A stretch of 64,000 nucleotides of DNA from Spirochaetae bacterium HGW-Spirochaetae-2. GTDB taxonomy: Bacteria; Spirochaetota; Spirochaetia; Sphaerochaetales; Sphaerochaetaceae. The number at the start of each line of letters is the position of its first letter. The stretch's first letter is position 1. Made by a program: the position numbers and the translations under genes. The notes beneath the pieces were generated by a model. That model saw only the letters and a list, made by a program, of their open reading frames with translations. It was not told the origin of the DNA and did no database searches. Positions 48,340 to 56,451 of this stretch are shown piece after piece. The stretch is from the NCBI GenBank assembly GCA_002839355.1, contig PGXW01000010.1, positions 11,057 to 75,056 on the forward strand, written 5' to 3'.

Positions 48340-49368
48340 TTACTTGAAGATCGAGTCGAACTTCTCGAGCATGCTCAATTTGTCACGGACCAACACGACA
48401 GGATCCACCGTAAGCATCTTTGCCTCGGCGACATTCACATCGATCGCATTCTCAAGCTTCATGTTCGGATTAATCGGCATGGTGTATTCTTCGAGCAGGA
48501 CGGATTGTCCGTCTTCGCTGATGATGTAGTCGTACAGCTTCTTGGCAGCTTCGACATTCTTAGTGTTCTTGATAATCGCAATCGGACTCTCGATAATGGG
48601 AATGTCATTGTCGGGGTACACGAATCCTATCGTCGCGCCCTGTGCCATGACTGTGCGGGCGATATAGTCGACTCCGATCGAAACCTTGTACTCACCGGCC
48701 GCGGCCTTGTTCACGACGCCACTCGAGCCATTCTCCAGCTTGACACCATTGGCCTTGAGCTTTTCGAAGTACGACCACCCGTAGCGCGGATTCTGGACCA
48801 ATCCAGCAACGGTAAACAGTGTCGTTCCGCTGGTCGTGGGATCGGTCATTGCAACATAATCCTTGAATTCGGGCTTCAGCAGGTCTTCCCAGGTCTTGGG
48901 AATCGAGTTGCCCTTCACCAGATTGGTGTTGTACACGAACCCCAGCATGATCAACCGTGCCGACATGTACAAGCGGTCCGGATCCTTGAACTTGTCGGGA
49001 ATCGATGCGGCAGCTGGAGAATCGTACGGCATGAGCAAGCCCTGCTCCTTGAAATCGATGTAGTTGGTGGGATCGCCAACCCAGATGATGTCGGCCGAAA
49101 TGCCACCTGCTTGTTGTTCCGTCGCCAACTTGGTCATTACGTTTCCTGTACCGGCGGTGTAATAGTCCATGGTGATGTTGGGATACTTCTTCATGAATCC
49201 CTCTTTGATAGCCGCCAGCTGCGAGTCTTTCAAAGATGAATAGAGCATTACTTTCTGCTTTGTTTCACCAGAGGATGCGGTCTCCGCGCCACCACCGGCG
49301 AATACGAATCCACTTGCCAGGACCACCAGTAGGGATACGACAATTAAAACCTTTCCATTCTTTTGCAT
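48340..49368 (-). CDS. ABC transporter periplasmic substrate-binding protein (SBP family 1; iron/polyamine/thiamine type)
   Basis: 342 aa with a signal peptide. First gene of the ABC operon. Confidence 0.75.
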   Translation of the reverse strand: MQKNGKVLIVVSLLVVLASGFVFAGGGAETASSGETKQKVMLYSSLKDSQLAAIKEGFMKKYPNITMDYYTAGTGNVMTKLATEQQAGGISADIIWVGDPTNYIDFKEQGLLMPYDSPAAASIPDKFKDPDRLYMSARLIMLGFVYNTNLVKGNSIPKTWEDLLKPEFKDYVAMTDPTTSGTTLFTVAGLVQNPRYGWSYFEKLKANGVKLENGSSGVVNKAAAGEYKVSIGVDYIARTVMAQGATIGFVYPDNDIPIIESPIAIIKNTKNVEAAKKLYDYIISEDGQSVLLEEYTMPINPNMKLENAIDVNVAEAKMLTVDPVVLVRDKLSMLEKFDSIFK

Positions 49369-49461
49369 AGGAACCTCCTTCCTTGTTTCGCATTGTCAGT
49401 ATAGGAAGGTACTATCCATCCCGAAACTGCAAATTCTCACTATCTCGACGATTGTTGAATT

Positions 49462-51672
49462 TTATAGTCGGGCACGCTTGCGAAATTCATTGGGTGTGAA
49501 CCCACGTTGTTTCCGGAATACCGCATAGAAATAGTTCTCATTCGAAAATCCTATCGCCGAAGCGATATCTTTAACCGGGATATCACTTTCTTCCAACATT
49601 TCGGCAGCTTTTCCCATACGGATTCCTAAACAGTAATCGCTTACCGAAACCCCTTCGCAATCCTTAAAGACCTTCGAAACATAGGAAACCGAAAGATGTA
49701 CCTTATCAGCAAGAAATTGCAAGCAAAGATTGGGATTCGCGTATTCCTCTTCCACCACCTGCTTGATCTGTTCGGCTATCGCACGGTTCTTCTGTGCCTT
49801 GCAACGCTGCAATTCCTCTTCGAAACGGTCGAACCACTGGCGGAAGAAATCGTCCAAATCCGATCGGTGGACCAGGCTCTCCAATGACAGTTCGAACTTT
49901 CCTATCGAGAGCTCCTGAGAATCGATGAAGCAGCCGGTCTCCTGCATTTCCTTGACTAGCAACTGCAGGGATATGTAGAGCCTTTTCATGCTAAACCTGA
50001 AATGCGTGAAGGAATACTTGGCAATCTCTCCAAAGAAGCCCGTATACACATCGTAGGCTTCGATTGCCCTTCCCTGGTGCAACAGATGCAGGAGATTCTT
50101 CTCCAATTCGGATGGATACACTCCTGCATTCAGTGACCGCTTCAATTCCTTCTCTTCCACTTTGATTCCAGTATCGTACATGAAGGAGAAACGCAACTCC
50201 TCCAGTATCAGCGAGGCATGGTTTGCGAGTTGGAACGGGTGTTCTATCCGTCTGTTGAAGATTACCAGCTCTACTCCACTTGCAATCGAACGATCGTACA
50301 GGTCCTGCAATTGTTGGGCATTGCAATTCTGGGTTACCACAAGCATCCGTTCTCCTTCGAACGGGACTTCCATATGGACGTCCAGAAAACCAAGCCCCAG
50401 TCTTTCCAGAGCTCTTTCATCGAGAGGTTTCAATCCGATGAGTTGCAACGGTGCTTCGAGGGAAAACGGCAACTTGTACTCCTTGAACTGAGCGAGCATC
50501 AAGTCCGGATCGCCGATTTTTCCCATGAGTATCTCGCGCAGCACATCGGTTTGCAACAGCGTCCTGTATGATTCGGTGGTCTCCTCGAACGTTTCCGCTT
50601 GCGTCAGCATGCGATCGATGCTGGAAGAGAGGAATCGCAATTCACCTTCTTTGTACAAGGCTTCCTTATCACCGGCATGGACCCGACTCACCATCTGGTG
50701 GATCGGCTTGTAGAGTCTTCTGGAAATGAGGACGGCGAGAATCATCGCTACCGTTATGCAGGCCAAGACCAACAACAACGTGGTGATACGCATGCTGACA
50801 ATTCCGCCCATGATCGTATCGTAGGGGTATATACGCATGAGGTACAACGGATTTTCCGCGCTTTTAGAGTAGAAGACGAATGATTTCTCCTTGCCCGCTC
50901 CATAGGGGAAATAACCGGAGGGACTATTGCTCGCGACCATCTGCCTGAACGTCGCATCCTCGGCGATATTCTTGAGAAATTGGGATGAGTCGGTATGGTA
51001 CGCAATGGTTCCTGCTTCGTCGACGAACATGACTTGCGATTGCGATCCGACCACATCCTTGAATATCTCCCTCAGCCAGTCCAAGGTGATGTTCATGACC
51101 AATGCCCCACCGATGCGGGGCTCGGTCTTCTGGATATCGTAAAAGACAAATGAGTAGACCGGAATCGTTCCCAAGGGGCTGTCGGCATAGCGTGGGATCG
51201 GGGCCAACCTCAAATGGTCGGCGGATCCGGAGAACAGTTCGGTAACACCTGCATCCTTGAACTTTGCGACGGTATCCGAATCCACATTCGAAGTTGCGTA
51301 GATATAATCGTTTGCCGCATTGTAGACATAAATGGAGTGGGTATGGATATTGGTGCTCATGACAGCATCCAATCGTCTGATGCTTGTCACCACGTCGAAA
51401 TTGGGCAGATCCTTCTGGTACATGAGCTTTTGGACCGAAGGCTCGAAAAAAAGCTCCATACCGCTAATCTTGACCATTTTCTGCAAGTATTCGTTGATCC
51501 TGTGGTTCTCTGCGAGAAACTCCTGGTTCAGCTGGTTCACCATGTGTGTCGTGGAACGCTCGAAATGGGAATTGAGGAACCAGGAGACCATAACGACCGT
51601 TGCAATGATCGCTATGGCCACAAGGAGGAGGATTTCAAGAAAGTACGTCTTAAGAATCCTGAATTTCAACAT
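49462..51672 (-). CDS. membrane-anchored AraC-family transcriptional regulator with large extracytoplasmic sensor domain
   Basis: 736 aa. N-terminal transmembrane helix, a ~270-aa sensor region, a second transmembrane helix, then a C-terminal AraC HTH (YFYAVFRKQRGFTPNEFRKRA). Confidence 0.75.
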   Translation of the reverse strand: MLKFRILKTYFLEILLLVAIAIIATVVMVSWFLNSHFERSTTHMVNQLNQEFLAENHRINEYLQKMVKISGMELFFEPSVQKLMYQKDLPNFDVVTSIRRLDAVMSTNIHTHSIYVYNAANDYIYATSNVDSDTVAKFKDAGVTELFSGSADHLRLAPIPRYADSPLGTIPVYSFVFYDIQKTEPRIGGALVMNITLDWLREIFKDVVGSQSQVMFVDEAGTIAYHTDSSQFLKNIAEDATFRQMVASNSPSGYFPYGAGKEKSFVFYSKSAENPLYLMRIYPYDTIMGGIVSMRITTLLLVLACITVAMILAVLISRRLYKPIHQMVSRVHAGDKEALYKEGELRFLSSSIDRMLTQAETFEETTESYRTLLQTDVLREILMGKIGDPDLMLAQFKEYKLPFSLEAPLQLIGLKPLDERALERLGLGFLDVHMEVPFEGERMLVVTQNCNAQQLQDLYDRSIASGVELVIFNRRIEHPFQLANHASLILEELRFSFMYDTGIKVEEKELKRSLNAGVYPSELEKNLLHLLHQGRAIEAYDVYTGFFGEIAKYSFTHFRFSMKRLYISLQLLVKEMQETGCFIDSQELSIGKFELSLESLVHRSDLDDFFRQWFDRFEEELQRCKAQKNRAIAEQIKQVVEEEYANPNLCLQFLADKVHLSVSYVSKVFKDCEGVSVSDYCLGIRMGKAAEMLEESDIPVKDIASAIGFSNENYFYAVFRKQRGFTPNEFRKRARL

Positions 51673-51701
51673 GGTTCAGCCGCAGTATACCATGGGTATT
51701 G

Positions 51702-52061
51702 TCACATGGATTCAGAAAACTGCACCCTGACACCGTCGGGATCCTGGACGTAGAAGAACTTGATATGGTCGTTGGGTTGGAACGGACCGCTTTCCACCAC
51801 AATCCCATGGTCAGCTATGAACGCGAGCGTCTTGTCCAGGGAATCGACCGCAAAGCCAAGTGTAATCCCATTGCCGATGACGAAGGTTCCGCTGGGACGT
51901 TGGATCAATTCGACTTGCGTCTCCCCTGCTCCAAGAAAAGCGATCTCACCATTGGGTCCGGCGTTGAAACGGCGGTTGACCGGCAAGCCGACGATATCCC
52001 TATAGAATGCGATCGATGTATCCAAGTCCTTCACCATGATGGTAGTCCAACAATAGGTCAT
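51702..52061 (-). CDS. VOC-family (glyoxalase/bleomycin-resistance fold) protein
   Basis: 119 aa ([20 protein letters not shown]...). Confidence 0.7.
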   Translation of the reverse strand: MTYCWTTIMVKDLDTSIAFYRDIVGLPVNRRFNAGPNGEIAFLGAGETQVELIQRPSGTFVIGNGITLGFAVDSLDKTLAFIADHGIVVESGPFQPNDHIKFFYVQDPDGVRVQFSESM

Positions 52062-52125
52062 GCCAATACTCCTTTGTACAGAATTTCCTGCCTATGGTAC
52101 CATGGCAGTTGCAGGAGGAACAACA

Positions 52126-52542
52126 ATGAAATCATATCGAAAGGAATTGCACTTCAATCTGCCTACCAGACGAGGCTTGGTGAACATAACACAACAGGTG
52201 CAGGAAGCGGTAATCGATAGCGGGGTACGGGAAGGATTGGTCCTGGTGAACGCCATGAACATCACCGCCAGTGTATTCATCAATGACGACGAACGCGGAT
52301 TGCACAACGACTACGAGAAGTGGCTCGAAGGAATTGCCCCAGAAAAGCCCTACTCCCAATACCAGCACAACGGGTACGAGGACAATGCCGATGCCCACTT
52401 GAAGCGGACCATCATGGGACGTGAGACGGTGGTCTCCATTACCGACGGACAACTGGACTTCGGTACCTGGGAGCAGATCTTCTACTTCGAGTTCGACGGC
52501 AAACGAGACAAGCGGGTGTTGATTAAGATTATTGGCGAATGA
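52126..52542 (+). CDS. yjbQ: YjbQ/UPF0047 family protein
   Basis: 138 aa ([27 protein letters not shown]...[16 protein letters not shown]). RBS AGGAGG. Start MKSYRK. Confidence 0.8.
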   Translation: MKSYRKELHFNLPTRRGLVNITQQVQEAVIDSGVREGLVLVNAMNITASVFINDDERGLHNDYEKWLEGIAPEKPYSQYQHNGYEDNADAHLKRTIMGRETVVSITDGQLDFGTWEQIFYFEFDGKRDKRVLIKIIGE

Positions 52543-52586
52543 ATCATTAGTACCATTTCTGGGAATCAGCTTGAAACACTTGTGTT

Positions 52587-52610
52587 ACGTGTATCACATG
52601 TGATACACGT
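52587..52610. promoter_or_regulatory. 24-bp perfect palindrome ACGTGTATCACA|TGTGATACACGT upstream of relB (putative antitoxin operator)
   Basis: Perfect 12+12 inverted repeat 22 bp upstream of the relB ATG. Flanked by TTGAAA (52571) and TATTTT (52610). Confidence 0.55.
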
Positions 52611-52631
52611 ATTTTACAGGAGGACAATGAA

Positions 52632-52871
52632 ATGAGCGAATCTATTTCCGTGCGATTACCGAAAGAATTGGTCGATCGTCTCGATAATTTGGCGAAGCAA
52701 ACCGGAAGAACGAAAACCTACTACATTCAGGAAGCACTCTTGGAAAAAGTAAGTGATTTGGAGTTAGTATACTTGGCCCAAAAACGCGAAGAAGATCTCA
52801 GGGCTGGACGCAGCAAAACTCATACGCTTGAAGAGGTCATCGAAGCGAATGGCTTGGCAGATAAGATTTGA
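52632..52871 (+). CDS. relB: RelB/DinJ-type ribbon-helix-helix antitoxin
   Basis: 79 aa. N-terminus ISVRLPKELVDRLDNLAKQTGRTKTYYIQEAL. AGGAGG upstream. Confidence 0.75.
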   Translation: MSESISVRLPKELVDRLDNLAKQTGRTKTYYIQEALLEKVSDLELVYLAQKREEDLRAGRSKTHTLEEVIEANGLADKI

Positions 52872-53121
52872 AACCCAAGCAGTAAAGGAACTTTCGGCTT
52901 TAGACAACTCCGTGAAAATAAAAATTCTAAAATACTTGAGAAAACTCGAGGAATGTGATGATCCACGTGTCCTTGGCAAATCGTTGACTAATAACTTTTC
53001 GGGTTACTGGAGGTACAGGATTGGCAACTACAGAATCATCTCTCGGATATACGACACTGAGTTGGTTATACTGTTACTCGCCATCCGAAAGAGGGATGTT
53101 GTTTATAAGATCAAGCAATGA
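52849..53121 (+). CDS. relE: RelE/ParE-family toxin
   Basis: 90 aa, MAWQIRFETQAVKEL...RYRIGNYRIISRIYD...RKRDVVY. Overlaps relB by 23 bp. Confidence 0.75.
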   Translation: MAWQIRFETQAVKELSALDNSVKIKILKYLRKLEECDDPRVLGKSLTNNFSGYWRYRIGNYRIISRIYDTELVILLLAIRKRDVVYKIKQ

Positions 53122-53270
53122 AATTTTTTCCATGCCTCCCTTTCAGATATTATCCTGATCAACCTATCTCTTTGGGTATATGCTATTAGGGTGAGTGACC
53201 ATTGAATTGCCCCTTTTTACTCATTCCCTAATACTCGCCTACTATTCACTTAAAAGGTTATACCTTCAAT

Positions 53271-53292
53271 ATATTCATCTTTATATGAATAC
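53271..53292. promoter_or_regulatory. inverted repeat ATATTCAT-ctttat-ATGAATAc just upstream of the SatD-like gene promoter
   Basis: 7/8 matching arms, 5 bp upstream of the -35 hexamer. Confidence 0.35.
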
Positions 53293-53296
53293 TTTG

Positions 53297-53324
53297 TTGA
53301 CATCTAGGGATTTTGTATTAGAAT
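53297..53324 (+). promoter_or_regulatory. near-consensus sigma70 promoter TTGACA-16-TAGAAT
   Basis: The -10 ends 6 nt before the first in-frame ATG (53331), which suggests a leaderless or very short-leader transcript. Confidence 0.5.
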
Positions 53325-53330
53325 GTGCAT

Positions 53331-54152
53331 ATGAAACAGGGTGGAAATTATTATGTGGCGGTTATCGCCGACATCAAGGATTCCAAGAAAGCGAAAAATC
53401 GGGCGCTACTGCAACAGAAGCTCAATTCGGTGCTCAACGAAATCAATCACAAAGTTGATCTCTCGTTCGGTTCCATCGTCTCGGAAAACCCACCTCTCTA
53501 TTACAAGGAATACTTGAAACCTCTACAGGGCAGCACGCATAAGGTGAAAACAGCACCTTTCCCTGTCGACATCAATCAAAATGTGTTAGCTTCCAACTTC
53601 ATGATTACGCTGGGAGATGAATTCCAAGGGTTGTTGTCGTATTGTTCCGGACTCATGCCGATTATCGACCATATCGAGAGGAGTCTATTCCCACAAAAGA
53701 TACGCTTCGGCATAGGAATTGGGGAAATCCAAACCGAGATCAATAGGAATCTTCCATTCGGCATGGATGGGCCGGCATACCATATAGCTAGGGAAATGAT
53801 ATCACTATTGAAAGAATCTGAGCGTAAGACACTGGAACCTTCTGCAAATATACGAATTGGCATACAAGGTAACGATGGTCTTTCATTCTTGCTGAATACA
53901 ATCTTCTCATTATTGACAACAATCAAGGAAAGATGGACTGATCGACAGGTTTTGATTATGAACACGTTCATGCATGAAGGAGCCCAGACTCAGATGAAAA
54001 CAGCAGAACACTTGGGCATTTCCCAATCAAGTGTCCAGAAAGCATTGTCTGCTTCAAATTTTTATACGTACCAGTATGCCCTTACCAACGTCTCTGTCAT
54101 GCTGCAGGACATCGGGTTTACATATGCTATTGAGAAATCATCAATCATGTGA
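53331..54152 (+). CDS. SatD-like protein (nucleotidyl-cyclase-like N-terminal motifs plus C-terminal HTH-like segment); function unknown
   Basis: 273 aa. VAVIADIKDSKKAKN and TLGDEFQGLL resemble the DxDxFK...GDEF metal-binding motifs of GGDEF and class-III cyclases. The C-terminus reads TQMKTAEHLGISQSSVQKALS. Family assignment is from memory of the SatD consensus and is unverified. Confidence 0.5.
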   Translation: MKQGGNYYVAVIADIKDSKKAKNRALLQQKLNSVLNEINHKVDLSFGSIVSENPPLYYKEYLKPLQGSTHKVKTAPFPVDINQNVLASNFMITLGDEFQGLLSYCSGLMPIIDHIERSLFPQKIRFGIGIGEIQTEINRNLPFGMDGPAYHIAREMISLLKESERKTLEPSANIRIGIQGNDGLSFLLNTIFSLLTTIKERWTDRQVLIMNTFMHEGAQTQMKTAEHLGISQSSVQKALSASNFYTYQYALTNVSVMLQDIGFTYAIEKSSIM

Positions 54153-54172
54153 CTGGAAGAGAGGTTGACAAT

Positions 54173-54907
54173 ATGTTCAGATCCATATGTAGCGTTTATT
54201 TGCTGCTACATCTTATCGGGGATTATTATATGCAGTCAGATAAAAACTCCCAAAGAAAAGAGATAAAGTACTCCGTTGTGCTATCCCATAGCATTATCTA
54301 CGCCATACCGTTTTTTATATTGGTAGTATTCATCGATTGGCAAAATGAATGGTTGATGCAAGCCGGTATGCTTAGTATTTCCCACCTATGTATCGACACC
54401 ATCAAACACTTCGTAGTAAAAGAACGTAAAAATATGGGGGCGTTACCATATCTGATCGATCAAGCATTCCATATGCTGTCTCTGATGTGTATAGCACTGA
54501 TTACCATTAGGTGGATGCATGGTATTGAGGCAGCGCCTTGGGTACAAACAATCATTAATGTTTCAAACACTAAGTATATAAATATCATTGCATGGGCTTG
54601 CATGCTACTACTGGTTGGAAAACCAGCAAATATCACAATCAGACAGATATTGAGAATATATAAACCAGCCGGAGATGAAGAATCGAAGAGAAAAGTCGGT
54701 GCATTGATTGGCTCCTTGGAACGTATCATCATGATGCTTCTTCTCGGAATTGGGCAATACACGGCAATTGCCTTGGTACTCACTGCTAAATCTATAGCCC
54801 GTTATGACATGCTCAAAGACAAGCAGTTTGCGGAGTATTACCTGTTGGGGACACTCTTAAGCACCTTGATTGTGTTATCAGCCTTCCTGGTTCTCCTGTA
54901 TCCTTGA
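54173..54907 (+). CDS. DUF3307 (SatE-like) polytopic membrane protein
   Basis: About 244 aa with six to seven hydrophobic helices. N-terminal LLLHLIGDYYMQ motif. Overlaps or is coupled to the upstream gene (GAGAGG RBS). Confidence 0.5.
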   Translation: MFRSICSVYLLLHLIGDYYMQSDKNSQRKEIKYSVVLSHSIIYAIPFFILVVFIDWQNEWLMQAGMLSISHLCIDTIKHFVVKERKNMGALPYLIDQAFHMLSLMCIALITIRWMHGIEAAPWVQTIINVSNTKYINIIAWACMLLLVGKPANITIRQILRIYKPAGDEESKRKVGALIGSLERIIMMLLLGIGQYTAIALVLTAKSIARYDMLKDKQFAEYYLLGTLLSTLIVLSAFLVLLYP

Positions 54908-55029
54908 CCAACCCGATTATCCTCACCCGGATTCTAAGCAATCTTCAAGCCTGAAAGGCCCAACGGCTCAATAAATGGTAATAATACTGCAGAACAAGCT
55001 CTGGACCTTGTCTCCGCCTCGATTGGATA

Positions 55030-55239
55030 TCAGTCTTCAGATTTTTCGGAGTTCTCAATATTGCCATATGCGGGAACTGATTCTCGCAACATGTCTCGGC
55101 GAAGAACCTGATTGATCCTTGTCTGATACCCCTTCCCCTCCGTCTTATACCAATCCAGGATATCGGCATCAATATACATACACACTTTTCTTTTCACCGG
55201 TCTATAGTTCTTCGGGTTTCGAAAATGCGATGGTCGCAT
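55030..55239 (-). CDS. BrnA/DUF4415-like antitoxin-type protein, apparently orphan
   Basis: 69 aa. ...KVCMYIDADILDWYKTEGKGYQTRINQVLRRDML matches the BrnA-type C-terminus (GYQTRIN..LR). No DUF497/BrnT-like gene adjacent. Confidence 0.45.
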   Translation of the reverse strand: MRPSHFRNPKNYRPVKRKVCMYIDADILDWYKTEGKGYQTRINQVLRRDMLRESVPAYGNIENSEKSED

Positions 55240-55377
55240 TCGAGGTACCTGGTACCAACTTTCGTTTTTGAATACAAAATTATTTCAAATGTTTAAATTT
55301 CTACTTTTCAACGGTATTTACAATAACAATACTCATAAATTGTATACAAATTTAATAACCGGTACCAGGCACCAACG

Positions 55378-56043
55378 TCAGTTGTAGGTGCCGCTGAGGG
55401 TGAACGTACCGTTGGGCAGGATATATTCAAGCGCCATTGTCTCATAATTGAATACTGCCCAAGTGAAGATACCGGCGACCTTGCCACGTGCTTGCAGCTT
55501 CGCGCCGTATGTTTCCTTCGCCACCCAATTCATGTCTATCGTGGCTCCCAGAAGTGATCCGTCAAGTACACCGTTGGCAGCGAGTGTCAACACAACGTTT
55601 CCCGCTACATCCTCAACATTGATCACACTGTGGTTCGAACCCGAGATTACTCCGGTGACCGGATCGAAATTATAGTTGGTGACATTCGACATGACGACAT
55701 TCTTACCGTCCAACAGGTCCCAATCGGACTCGATGAGACCACCGTATGGACCATACTGTGCACTGTACAGTGTCTCTTCGATCGTCTTGTAGTGGTTGCT
55801 ATTGCCCATAGTCCGGGTAACGACACTTTCATAATCCTGATACAGGTTTACTGTTGCAGTGAAAGATGTTGGACCCTTTCCCTTTGCGACAGCTTCAGCC
55901 TTGGCAGCATTCGATTCCATACTTCGACCTGTCATGTTGTCCATTTGCAGACCACCGACGGCCAAGTCACAACCAAGGAACACGGTGAAGAGTGCGATCA
56001 ACAAGATTGGAACGAGCATTTTTTTGACAGATTTCATTTTCAT
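55378..56043 (-). CDS. hypothetical lipoprotein
   Basis: Signal peptide with lipobox VFLGCD. Start MKMKSVKK. Flanked by AT-rich intergenic DNA on both sides. Confidence 0.6.
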   Translation of the reverse strand: MKMKSVKKMLVPILLIALFTVFLGCDLAVGGLQMDNMTGRSMESNAAKAEAVAKGKGPTSFTATVNLYQDYESVVTRTMGNSNHYKTIEETLYSAQYGPYGGLIESDWDLLDGKNVVMSNVTNYNFDPVTGVISGSNHSVINVEDVAGNVVLTLAANGVLDGSLLGATIDMNWVAKETYGAKLQARGKVAGIFTWAVFNYETMALEYILPNGTFTLSGTYN

Positions 56044-56208
56044 AAGTATACATCCTTTCCACAACTATTTGTATTGCATTACTATATAGCACCATCACAA
56101 TATGTCAATAATTTTTTAGCTTTGTTATACCAATTATAACACCTTTAACAATAAAATACTATTTGTGCATTTAATTCTTCATCATGCCAAACACAAGGAA
56201 AATGAAGG

Positions 56209-56299
56209 GTATCTCACCCTACGTTCCCTGCTCTCGCTCGGTAATGGACCAATAGTAATTGTTCCGCTACCCTCGTTTCGTTGGGGAATGAAAGGTTCC
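56209..56299 (+). ncRNA. conserved ~91-nt intergenic element, copy 2 (candidate 5' leader or small RNA; identity unknown)
   Basis: About 94% identical to 24712-24802. Lies 150 nt upstream of the DUF2974 gene start, after an AT-rich promoter-like tract. Followed by a CTCGC/GCGAG hairpin with no T-tract. Confidence 0.4.
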
Positions 56300-56451
56300 T
56301 TCGGCACCTCACCTTGCTCGCATTCGTTCAGGCGAGTGACAATCATCATTCCCAACACCGACATCTTGACCAGACCAAATCCTGGCCATATTGTAGATAT
56401 GGCGGGGAGAACAAACAGAAAAATGGTATCCCCTGTAGGAGAAAGCGAGGT

